The translations under genes were made by a program, and so were the position numbers. Below are positions 1 through 11,051 of a DNA stretch of 64,000 nucleotides, piece after piece. The notes beneath the pieces were generated by a model. The model was not told the DNA's origin. It was given only the letters and a program-made list of their open reading frames with translations, and searched no databases. Every line of letters begins with the position of its first letter. Position 1 is the stretch's first letter. Origin of the DNA: Anthoceros angustus (Eukaryota > Plantae > Anthocerotophyta); NCBI GenBank assembly GCA_010909165.1, contig VJWM01000068.1, positions 1,364,001-1,428,000 of the forward strand, in the 5' to 3' direction.

Positions 1-13
1 GAATATCCAAATA

Positions 14-544
14 CAGTCCACCCCCCCTAATTGGGACTGGTTCGGAGTGCCTTTAGAGGTCCCATTAAGGGAGGTGTCCCGATTATATTTTCCCTATTTA
101 AAAATAATAAAATATTTTAAATTCTAAAAAATCAAAAAAATCAAAAATACCCAAAAATTAAAATTAAAATTTTGATTGATAGGTTTCACTAAAATAACTT
201 TTACCACTTCTCTATATAGTTGTTTGACTAGCGCTCTCTCTAAGCAACATCAAAAACCTCTACCTATCATAAAGGAAAAAGCTTAGCTTAAGAGTCTTCA
301 ATCACACCTAAAAGTCTATTGTGCTTTGAAATAATCGATTCTTTTTCTTTCTTTTTATTTTTAGTAAAAATTAGAAATCCCATTTAGGAGGTGAAACTAA
401 CATGAATGTATGTTTCAAAATGTCCCAATTATCATTTAGGGAAAAGTCCCATTTATTACATTGTAAACTAAAGGGAGTAGGATGGGAGGTCCCATTTAGA
501 GAGGAATCCCATTTATAGAGTTCCCAATTAGGGGGGGCCGACTG
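14..544. mobile_element. Non-autonomous Tc1/mariner (pogo-like) MITE, copy A
   Basis: Left end CAGTCCACCCCCCCTAATTGGGAC; right end reverse-complements to CAGTCGGCCCCCCCTAATTGGGAAC. Flanked by TA at 12-13 and 545-546. AT-rich non-coding interior with repeated TCCCATT/TCCCAAT sub-terminal motifs. A homologous copy lies at 44141-44672. CAGT ends with a TA duplication are typical of Tc1/mariner-pogo elements. Confidence 0.85.
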
Positions 545-778
545 TACTAGCACCGCGCCTTTGAGAGCCTCTGGCGAACCCGCCCTTTTCGATTTTTCTA
601 ACTAAAACACCAAACACCGACCCGTGGTCTTTATCACCCGTCATGTTTTGGTATTAATATTTCGTTTTAAAAATAATTCACGAGGATATAATCTCCTCAT
701 TGCCTATTTTACTTTTGGTTGTATAGTTTGTTGCTTCTTCCATTCCACTCCATTGGCCTTGTGTCTTTGTTATGTAGG

Positions 779-980
779 TTTTGGGTGTCTTTACCTATTC
801 AAAGTTTTTGGGTGTCTTTACCTATCCAAAGTTTTTGGGTGTCTTTACCTATCCAAAGTTTTTGGGTGTCTTTATCTATCCAAAGTTTTTGGGTGTCTTT
901 ACCTATCCAAAGTTTTTGGGTGTCTTTACCTATCCAAAGTTTTTGGGTGTCTTTACCTATCCAAAGTTTTTGGGTGTCTT
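779..980. repeat. 27-bp minisatellite, ~7.5 copies (TTTTTGGGTGTCTTTACCTATCCAAAG)
   Basis: Near-identical tandem units read directly. They explain the repetitive ORFs at 624-1077. Confidence 0.95.
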
Positions 981-1954
981 CATCCGTCCAAGTTGCCTTT
1001 CTCCTAACCAACCTGCTAGCTGCATCGTCCAACATGACTTGCGAGGAAACTCATGGATCGTGGCAATTCTAGCATAGTATACTATGGATCGTGGCAAATC
1101 TACCATGGCTTCTTTCCGAAGCTGGCTAGGACGCTTGGTACGACTTGTGAATCTCAATATTTATTATTCATTATATTACATAACATCCCGGCGACCAAGA
1201 TGCACTCGAGATGGAGCACGGGCAAGGGCAGTGTGGGCCATAGACACTGTGACCACGAGGTTCGCAATGAAGAGCTCAACATGGAATGGAATCGGAGTGT
1301 CTTCTAATAGACCAGCCCAATAATTAGGGAATCTACGCGATTAACCAGATAGAATGCGGACTGCCACTTACGTCGAACTTATGTCCAGTAGTTTAACTGT
1401 TAAGATGATCCAACCGTGTGCCAAGGACCATTCAGTTTTGATTTGAACTGTCCAATTTGAAAATCCACTTGAACTAGTTAGCAAATTGTGACTTCTCATG
1501 GGCTAAGGACAATTCAGTTTTGATTTCAACAATCTACTTGAACTGCCTAACAAATTGTGACTTCTCGGCGAGACACAGAAAATGGTAAAAAATACGATAA
1601 ATAAAAACAAAAGTAATTGACCAGGTAGTATAATCGAAGCAGGCAAGCAGGCTGGTGAATGTCCATGCTTGGGTAGACAGTGCCACGATCAGGCCCGTGG
1701 ACAGTGCCACGGTGGCACTGTCAGGCTCGTGGACAGTGCCATGGTCTGCAACCGCCGGTAAGCCAAAAACGGGCCTAAATCGCTTGCCCCCGGTTTGCAG
1801 GCGTCAGGAGGACCGGAATCTAAATGGGACAAACGAATTCGGAGAGCGCAGTGAAGGGACGAGTTGCGGCAAGAAAGAAGACTGCACATAAGGTGTGCCA
1901 GCGATTCTTTACGGGAGTAACTGCGAACTGCACAGTCAGCTTTTGATTGAATGA

Positions 1955-3236
1955 CTATAGTACAGTTTTCCGGATAGCAGAGTTCATGAATGGTCGGATC
2001 ACCCACTCATTTTGAGCCTCCGCCTGATCCATCGTTCCTCGCTTGATCTGCACCGAGACCGGAGTTATGCGTGCGTGAGCCAACAGGGCATTTGAGTTGA
2101 GAGCATGACTTCAAGCACTAGCACAGAATTTTGAAACACAGACCTGGTACAGCCGGAGATCGAAGGGGTCCAACTTCCTTCAACTCTTGAAGCTTCCCAG
2201 CAGACTTTTCAAAAACATGGTGCCTGAAAAAACAGCGTCACAGAAGCCAAAATAAATTCACACACCACCGTGCACAACACAGGATGCTCACACACTCTGC
2301 GTTTGCTGAAATCGGTCTCACCTGAAAGAGATGTCATCAGATCGGTTGACGAACGAAATCGTTCTCTTGGAATCTGGCCTCGGTGCTGGGAAAAGATGCT
2401 TGAGAATTGTTGCTGTCCTCTGCCCTAGCTGCAAACATTTCCACCACAAATTAGATGCACAACCGTATCACCAACGTGGTACAAAAGCAGTGGCAAACAA
2501 CCCCACTCAAGACACCAGGCCCAGAATCTAACGCAAAGCAGCATATCTACCTTGGTACTAAAGTTCTCAAGTATAAGATGGGGATAAGCTTCTGAAACTG
2601 TGCCCAGAGATTCAGTTTTACTCCTCTCATGCCTTGTCACCTGCACAAGATCGGATAACGCTAAGTATGTGACGGTTGCCGGAATTGCATGCTTCATCTC
2701 TCACACCTGCAAGGCTCCGCGTGACCAACCAAAAGAAAATTTGCTACTCACCACATTCATGAGGCCAAAATAAGCTGTTGGGCCATAAGGCAAGTGACAG
2801 ATAACAAGGCCATCAGGTTTCCTCGATGCTCATGAACCATCACAATATCAGTGAAGTCATTTGCTCTGGATGCCTTGACAATTTCTGAGATGACCTAAAA
2901 CACGACCAAGATCAGCACGGTTGATGACAGACACCATCAATCGGGGACGAGACAGACGAGAAGGATGGAGAAGTTTGCAACTTACCTGACCTCCACGGTT
3001 TATCCTTTGTGCATTTGGCAACACTATCTTGAGCTCCTACAGCGCACAAGAACGCCACCGTTGGAAACCTGGCACAGGACTTTTTACCACATCCAGGCAG
3101 AGAAACAAACTTTCACTCGGATACACACCTTCACGAATTGGGTGAGCGTACTGCTGGGATCCCTAGACGTGGTGAGCAGGATTTTGGGATCCTTGTCACC
3201 TGCGTGCGCATACTCGTCGTCGATGCCGGTCGCCAT
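1955..3236 (-). CDS. IMP4: U3 snoRNP protein IMP4-like (Brix domain), 7 coding exons; two apparent frameshifts; N-terminal region absent
   Basis: Exons ~3236-3129, 3036-2986, ~2894-2745, 2640-2551, 2428-2322, ~2223-2144 and 2047-1955 have GT-AG ends. They encode IDDEYAHAGDKDPKILLTTSRDPSSTLTQFVK / ELKIVLPNAQRINRGGQ / HEHRG-PDGLVICHLPYGPTAYFGL / YPHLILENF / KHLFPAP..DDISFR / ELKEVGP-FDLRLYQ / AQNEWVIRPFMNSA. One base is missing near 2820 and two near 2165. Confidence 0.85.
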
Positions 3237-3789
3237 CTCTAGGAAATTCACGAAAATACAAACTCTCAGGTTCGCAGGCTAGTGAGCCCTAGTAGTGGAT
3301 TCAGAGTTTCAGACCTGCCTCGCAGCTAAAGCTAGGTTTGCAACTCAATCGTCAATCGATTCTATGCTGAGTGGAATTTTATTGAAATAGGTATAGAAAG
3401 GTGGGTGATCCCATCCACCTCAAAACCTTAAATCCCTTCAAGGAAGAAGGACTCTCAGTACACCTGTATGGTAGGTAGGAACACTAGGTGTACATATATA
3501 GTCTTTGAGCTTGGCATAATCTAAATTCCGAGGGTGAATGACTAGAAATGTGCATGGCTAACATACATTCGTAGAATTAGGATGGAGGAGAAGTTGAAGC
3601 CAACTTCGTTCACGAATTGTTGAAGCCAAGAGAATATTCAATGTGGTATAAGGCTGGAGCCACATAACAAACACAGCGCAAAGTGCAGATGCCATATCAC
3701 TGCTGTCTAAGAGTGTAGTGTTTTGCACAGGTATTCAGAAGACCAGCAAAAGTAATTGGTCAGCCAGGGTGAGGCCCTCCTGTTCCATT

Positions 3790-4620
3790 TATCCATTCAG
3801 GGCATTCTATGTCAATCCTCCTTCACTCCTGACCAACGGGCATCTTTTTTTTCACAATTTTGAGTGTGAAGCTGCCTGCCCTACTGCAGGGCACCACACT
3901 TTTTGTGGCCAAACTGTGATAAACCCTGCAGGCATCTTCAGTCCCCCACATTTTGCATACATGCCCACCAGGCAAGTGCCAACAACAAGTTACGAGGAAT
4001 GCCATGGTTCAACCACAACCCTGGATGGCAGCTACCAACACGCAGCATCCGCCTTCGCACCTGTCTTACACATCTCAATGCCACAGTTTTATGGCCTCAT
4101 GATTAGGTGTACCATGCTTAGCATATGCAGGAGAAGAAGAAGAAGAATTTTATTTAAGTCCACTAAGGACGGATTTCCATCATGGAACACACATGTGCAG
4201 AGATTATGGAGAACCACATGGAGGAATATGGTATCATCGCTGAAAAGGAAGGGAATGGTCAAGCCGTGGAAACGCAAGCACTGCAGGTTCACATTTTCTC
4301 TTTTAACTGGCTTGCTGTAAAACCATTGAATTTGGAGGATCATTGAATGGCGGATCTTTGCAGAAGATGAAGGTTGCATAGTTATGATTTATAGCCGAAG
4401 GAGTGGACAGGCTAGCGGAACATGACTGTACTGGCACAATATGTGCATCTGCAAATCAAGAGATGGTTCCCATTTGCAACTGACTCGTACCAAGTTTGAC
4501 AGTGAGCACACTCAAATGCTGCTAAAGCATACACTCCTTGTCCAGGCTCGGTGCCGCTGATTGCCTGCGGCTGAATTCCAGCCCTTCCAGTCCAGCCCCA
4601 GCCCTTCCAGCCTTACTGAT
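3790..4620 (-). pseudogene. PLS-type pentatricopeptide repeat (PPR) gene fragment, frameshifted
   Basis: Reading across single-base shifts gives AYAKHG..EAIKLW-EMCKTGAKADAA (4130-4040) and HGIPRNL-VGTCLVGMYAKCG-TEDACRVYHSLATKSVV (4005-3890), matching PLS PPR consensus. Boundaries are uncertain and the shifts may be consensus errors. Confidence 0.5.
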
Positions 4621-4692
4621 TGGACGAGAGATGTCCCGTCTTCCATCAATCCTGTTATCCCTCTCAAGCCATCAGGGCCATTCCTACATGTA

Positions 4693-6900
4693 TCATTCAT
4701 GGCACAAGCCTAAACTTCGGGCATCCCTACCGTCACAGAAGAGAATGACGAGCTTTGCAACCGGGTCATCTCCAGTGACTCGGCGGGCATTATAGTTTGC
4801 TGGGGACACCAATGGTTGTCTGCTGTAAACCGCAACTGGCTTACATCTTGGGAGCGAAGGTAGTTCAACATCTTGGTTCAAGATCTGCTGCACGCGCCTA
4901 GTAGAAGGCCTCAAGCTGGGATCCGGGTGGGTGCACATCAAGCCGACATGTAGCACACAGGTTAGGTCCCTAGGATCAAACTTTCCCGCCAGTGCTGGAT
5001 CCGCCACACCCAGAAGGTTGCCAGCTTCTAGCATCTGCCACACCCAGTCCAGTAGCTGGACTCCTGGTTGGGGATTAGGGGTCTCCTGCCGCTGGCCACC
5101 TCCAGCAACAAAACCCCAAAGCTGAAAATATCCGACTTGGCCGTGGCCTGCCCAGATAGGGCAAGCTCCGGCGGCATGTAGCCAAAGGTCCCAGCTAAGA
5201 GTGTGAGCGCGAGGCCCGTGGCGAAGGTCTCCTCCACCAGGCGGGACAAGCCGAAGTCTCCCAGCCGGGCTTCCATGTTGGAATCCAGAAGCACGTTGGC
5301 CGGCTTGATGTCCCTGTGCACAATGCACTTCCTCCACTCCGTATGGATGTAGACCAAAGCCGTTGCAATCCCTCTGACAATGTGAAATCTGTCCGTCCAC
5401 GATAGCACCTGCTGACTGGAGTAGAGGTGTTGATCCAGGCTGAGGTTAGGCATGTAGTCGTACACGAGCAGGAGCTCGTCCCGCTCCTGGCACCAGCCAT
5501 GGAGATGTACCAGGTTCCTGTGCCTGAGCTGCCCCAAGATCTTGAGCTCCGCACGGAACTCCTTGGATCCCTGCCTTGAATCCCGCGCGATCCTTTTGAT
5601 GGCTAACTCGACATCTGAGTCCCCGATCCGCATTACCCCCCGGTACACAGTCCCGAACCCGCCTTTCCCGAGGATCTGTGATTTGCTGAACCCTAGAGTC
5701 GCCTTCTTCAGCTCCTGGTAGGTGAATGTGCGAGTCCAGTGGGTGATATCTGCATCCTCCACGGAAGAAGTGCCTGACGGGTCGGAGCTCCTGGCTGTGG
5801 ACGATGTTGATGCTTTGTCCGTGATGCGAGCACTGAGGGATTCCGGGCCATCCTTCCCGGAAGATCCCACATCTGCAACAAAAGAAGCAGCCAAGGCCGC
5901 AGCCAAGAGCAACTACCAGCAAAGCTGCTCCAGTTGCAACCCCTGCAACCAGGCCAGTGCTGCTCTTCTTGACTGCCTGAGGCTCAGGCTCAGGCGCAGC
6001 AGCTGGAGGTGGGGGTGGGGGTGGGGGTGAGGTGCGGGTGGGGGTGCGGTGGGGGTGGTTGTGGCAGGCCACTGGTGGAGAAGGTCCAGTCGTAGATGTA
6101 GGTGTTCTGGCTGTTGTCGCCTGTGCTAGCCGTGAATCCGACATAGGAATACTCTTGAACGATGCTGGAGACGTTCAAGCTGCTGTAATTAAGCACAAGA
6201 GAAGCACCAGATTTCTCATATCCGTTTTTGGGATAGTCTGACATGTACACCCACAGCTTTGCGCGTCCGCAGAATAGTCGATCCAAACTGAAAAGCTAGG
6301 ACCATCTGTCCCTGATGAGTCGTCCCTGAGCGTAATGTCGTAATCCGACAGGTCATTCGCCTTGACAGAAGCAACGCTGTTGATGTCCAGCCCACGTGGT
6401 TGGGATTGTTCGGGGATCCCATGGAGTATTCCAAAAGTCGTCGAACTCCACGGCTAAGACTTGAAAACTGGAATTCCTGGCAGTGTCATTCACGGAGTTG
6501 TAACGGAGACCGAGACCACCACCCGCGCTGTTAGGGGCACCTCGGAGCTAGGAGCGATGATAAAGGTCATCCCATCACCCCGGAAGTTGCTCGTGGAACT
6601 TTCATGGCGAAGGTGAAGGAGACGTTGAAGGAAGCTTCCCACCAGTGGCCGCATCATAGAACTGCACAGGCTCGCCATACACTGCTCTGGACACCAAGTC
6701 CGGGCCTGTACTCAGCGTGGTGCTATTCGCATCGAGGTGCAAAATGCTTGACTCCAGTTTGCAGTTGCCGTCCAGCCGCATCCCACCGGTTGATGAATTT
6801 GTGAAGTTGCGAGAGAAGGAAAAGTACACATTCCCGGAGCTTACCTTCTGCGCACGGCAGCTGAACATCACGGCCAGCAGAGGAAGCACAAGGCGCACAT
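4693..6900 (-). CDS. L-type lectin receptor-like kinase (signal peptide, legume lectin domain, Pro-rich hinge, TM, RD kinase); about 8 or more apparent frameshifts
   Basis: Lectin motifs GDGMTFIIAP, VLAVEFDDF, NHVG-DINS, VWIDYS, YVGFTASTG; TM LVAGVATGAALLVVALGCGLGCFFCC; kinase GKGGFGTVYRG, LLLVYDYMPN, HRDIKPANVLLD, LGDFGLSR, GTFGYMPPE, SDIFSFGV. The pieces are distributed over ORFs 6602-7363, 6490-6678, 5990-6286, 5446-6144, 5028-5912 and 4693-5400. Confidence 0.9.
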
Positions 6901-6987
6901 GCTTTACAGCTGGGGCAACATCTCGTCTTTGTCTAGCAGGCCAGGGCCTGATACCTCCCAAGCTGCTCAAGTTGTGCTCAGTGAAAG

Positions 6988-8964
6988 CGTTCGGGATCGG
7001 ACATGGAGCGAGAAGGAAGGAAGGAAGGAGGCAAACGAAGGCCCCCGCGGCGAGGTCCGATCCCTGTCCCCAAACCTTGGGGTTCGATGCAACCCTGGGC
7101 ATGCACCCGTCGCCTAAGGCTAACGCAAACTTAATGAGCCCTGCCATTCGTACCGCCCGTGTGGCCACGCACCCCGATGCAAAGCTGAGAGGCATGAGGC
7201 GGCATGCCTCTCTTTCTTTCCGGCGTCTCCTTCTCCGGCAACGGCCGTCCGTCGTCGCTCCTGTCAATGGCTCCCTCCGCCCTTCTCTCAACGGCTCCCG
7301 TCCGCGCTTCTCAACGCCGTCCGTCCGCACCTGGTCACCCGTATGTGGTCTCAACCTGTTCACCCATCCCTGTTCTCGTTCCTAATGCGCGAAAACGAAC
7401 GTTTCAAGTATCTATAACCCGCTTCTAATGCGGTTCAGTTCAGAGGAAGCTTGACGGGTACGATCGAGCAAGCGAGCGGCAGTTTCTCCAATATCGTGAT
7501 GTCAGCAAAATGGAACATTTGCCTCACACTCAAGTGCAGACACTGGAGCCGGCATCCTCAGCAGTGAATGTGAAGCGCGCTTACATTCTTGCTGACCGTC
7601 GTAGGTGATTTTATTGCAGGTGAGAAAGCAAATGCTTGCTTTCCCACCTGCTTCATCAACTGCGTCATTGGGGAAGACCGTGGAATCAAAGCAGCATGTC
7701 AAAGACACACAAGGAAGCGAGGTGACAATCTACCATTGTCAGTACGGGCCTGATGACTGTCGTGGGAGGCTGCTATGACGGCTTCTTTCCTTGCTCCAAA
7801 TGTGAGCCCAAGACAGGGCGGGCGGGCAGTAGACGTCCAACGATGAGTAAGAAACGTGGATGCCTCTTCCAATTTGTGTTTTGGATGGACGTCAACACAC
7901 TTAGTTTTCTATCCTGAGAATCTGCTGTTTCAAGCATGGCTCCAACCAGTTTTGTGCTCAGTCACACCGTTCGGGATCGGACATGGAGCGAGAAAGGAAG
8001 GAAGGAAGGAGGCAAACGAAGGCCCCCGCGGCGAGGTCCGATCCCTGTCCCCAAACCTTGGGGTTCGATGCAACCCTGGGCATGCACCCGTCGCCTAAGG
8101 CTAACGCAAACTTAATGAGCCCTGCCATTCGTACCGCCCGTGTGGCCACGCACCCCGATGCAAAGCTGAGAGGCATGAGGCGGCATGCCTCTCTTTCTTT
8201 CCGGCGTCTCCTTCTCCGGCAACGGCCGTCCGTCGTCGCTCCTGTCAATGGCTCCCTCCGCCCTTCTCTCAACGGCTCCCGTCCGCGCTTCTCTCAACGC
8301 CGTCCGTCCGCACCTGGTCACCCGTATGTGGTCTCAACCTGTTCACCCATCCCCTGTTCTCGTTCCTAATGCGCGAAAACGAACGTTTCAAGTATCTATA
8401 ACCCGCTTCTAATGCGGTTCAGTTCAGAGGGAAGCTTGACGGGTACGATCGAGCAAGCGAGCGGCAGTTTCTCCAATATCGTGATGTCAGCAAAATGGAA
8501 CATTTGCCTCACACTCAAGTGCAGACACTGGAGCCCGGCATCCTCAGCAGTGAATGTGTGAAGCGCGCTTACATTCTTGCTGACCGTCGTGTAGGTGATT
8601 TTATTGCAGGTGAGAAAGCAAATGCTTGCTTTCCCACCTGCTTCATCAACTGCGTCATTGGGGAAGACCGTGGAATCAAAGCAGCATGTCAAAGACACAC
8701 AAGGAAGCGAGGTGACAATCTACCATTGTCAGTACGGGCCTGATGACTGTCGTGGGAGGCTGCTATGACGGCTTCTTTCCTTGCTCCAAATGTGAGCCCA
8801 AGACAGGGCGGGCGGGCAGTAGACGTCCAACGATGAGTAAGAAACGTGGATGCCTCTTCCAATTTGTGTTTTGGATGGACGTCAACACACACTTAGTTTT
8901 CTATCCTGAGAATCTGCTGTTTCAAGCATGGCTCCAACCAGTTTTGTGCTCGGTCACACCGTTC
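6988..8964. repeat. Tandem duplication of a ~980-990-bp unit (6988-7967 and 7968-8959)
   Basis: Both units start CGTTCGGGATCGGACATGGAGCG and align along their full length. CGTTC is present at 6988, 7968 and 8960. Confidence 0.95.
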
Positions 8965-9110
8965 ATGTTGGAGATAATGGTTGCACGGGGGCATAAACTC
9001 TATCATAACTATGGATGCCACCTTCGGATTGAATAAGTGGCATTTCCAGCTGGTCAGTTTGTTGGTGTTCGATAACTTCATGAACGGGATTCCAGTGGCT
9101 TGCACCACAT
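7440..9110 (+). mobile_element. Degenerate MULE (Mutator-like) transposase remnant, 5' part duplicated
   Basis: 9001-9105 reads IITMDATFGLNKWHFQLVSLLVFDNFMNGIPVACT, matching the first catalytic-Asp region of the MULE transposase domain. Upstream pieces read AYILADRRVGDFIAGE..CFPTCF, YHCQYGPDD and SKKRGCLFQF. No TIR or TSD was found. Confidence 0.7.
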
Positions 9111-11051
9111 TACTGCAGGTCGGTCCTGGTGGACGCTGCCCACCACGCTGACGCGACCTTTGGTGATCCTCATTCCCAACTACTCGCTTCCCGATGACGT
9201 CTTCAGCTTCAGCCCCATGCCTGACTTACGTCGGCGCCGCGTCCGGTATCCCTGACAGCACCGTGTTTCCAGCAAGCACTGCCTGGCGCCAGTCACAGGC
9301 AATGGCAGTGAAATCAATAAAAGATGGCTATACATCAGTTGTGTGTCGACCAAAGCCGGGACCCTCTGGCACCAATCCTGTACGGTCCGCTCGCGCACTT
9401 CCAAAACGGTGACCGGAGTCGCGTTGTTGCTTTACCCGCTTCAGGGCTTCAGGGCAGGGCGCTTCCCTTGAAATTCGCGCGCGCTCCATCGCAAGGGTAG
9501 GGTTCGGCTATTAAGATGTATGTGGACAAAACTCAAGCTAAGACGCAACATTGTGAGTTCCCCGACAACATTAATCGACGTTGGATATCATCGTAGATTC
9601 CATCCTTGCACTTCGAGCCACCTAACAACCTTCCAACAGTATCCAGTGTCAAGTGTCTAGTCCTACATACTTAGCGACTCATAAGTTACTTGATTAGCAG
9701 CTAGTCACAAGGTTACTCTATGTAGCAGCTATTTTCAATGTCAATTGATCTAGCAGCTGCTCACAATCTGTATGTACTGGTAGGAAAGAGCCCATGTTTT
9801 CCCCTATGCTCTGCGGCCTTAGTTTGAAGAGACTTCCTTAGTTAGGCACATACCCCGATCTATCCGGGATATTTGGAGGAAGTTTGTTTTGTGGGGACGG
9901 AGGCAGGGAGACTTGAAGGATAGGGGTGAGCTATCCGTGCTGGGCTGGGTGTAAAGCCTGGATGAATTGGTCGAGTCCCTATTCAATAGTTTCACTTACG
10001 TAAAGAAGGCTGTGTGATTTTCTTGTTTCCACGTAACACTAAAAAAAATGTTTTCTTGTTCCCACTCAGCTTCTGCAATCGCTGCTGCTGGTGTGTCAGT
10101 TGCTACCCGGATCGCACCACCCTGACTGCAGACTGTGACTATGTACATATTTGTGCAACCTGCCCGAACGCTCGAACTTCGTACGGCACTTGTGCCGTAT
10201 TTTGCGCCAGGGCTACTCGCTGTGCGTGACCGTATGAATGCCACTTTACGAATGCCTCATGTATGCCATTGTATGCTGAAAGTCACCTGCTGGCATGTGT
10301 ATGCGTCAGGAGAGAGAACTGTGTTGCTGGCATGTGTATGGGTCAGGAGATAGAACTGTGTTCATGGCCTCACATAGGAGATCGAATTGTGTTGAGAGCT
10401 TGACCTAGGTTAGGTCTGTAGAGAAGCCTTCTGGCTGTATGGTTGTTTAATTGTATATCCAGAAATAACAACGATAGTAACAACATTTCACGTTTTATCA
10501 TATTGTTAGGAGGTTCTTTCTCTCTTATACCGGGTGCTGCTATAGCTGGTGGAAGGCTCAAAATTTCCCCGGTGCACTATGTGGATCATTCTTCTAGGAC
10601 GCAACAAATAGCCTGGCCTTCTTTATTCTGTTTACGACACTGTACATACACCATTCAGGTAAAGAATCACAAGGCTGAAAAGGAGAAATGTATGCTCCTG
10701 ATAGGATTGCCTACAAGAGAATAGTATACACTTGGAGACGCCTGAAGAGACTCAGCAGGAGGCTCGCCAGAGCAGTTCCCTGGGTTGTCATAGTAGCAAC
10801 TCTAGGTAGCAGTTATCAGCCATCGAGCTCTCTGCAGACAGCAAGTCAATGGTGCAGCACTTACAATTCAGATAAACTACACCTGCTTCAGGTACCCTAC
10901 GCATAAATGAATGGCCAACTCCACTGAGAAGGCGCACATCCGCTCACACCCCGAGTGGGACGCTAAGAATGCTTACATATAGATAGTAGCAGTGCCGAAT
11001 CAACTCATCACCTCCAAGAACTGGCTTTCATACTGCACCAAATCAGCTCCT

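Noticed and set aside
624-1077. Repetitive ORFs in several frames (VFGCLYLSK, KFLGVFTYP, FWVSLPIQS)
   Set aside because: They are translations of the 27-bp minisatellite, with no protein motif.
1053-1323. Possible transposase C-terminal fragment (ILHNI motif)
   Set aside because: A single short motif with no supporting context.
1955-6900. Calling IMP4 and the LecRK true pseudogenes
   Set aside because: The lesions are almost all 1-2-base losses in short runs, with no nonsense read-through needed, which fits consensus error better. Reported as a finding instead.
9850-10910. Short ORFs between the MULE remnant and NPC, including a Cys-rich 71-aa frame
   Set aside because: No recognisable motif or consistent exon chain. 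A small 37-bp duplication at ~10290-10360 is unremarkable.
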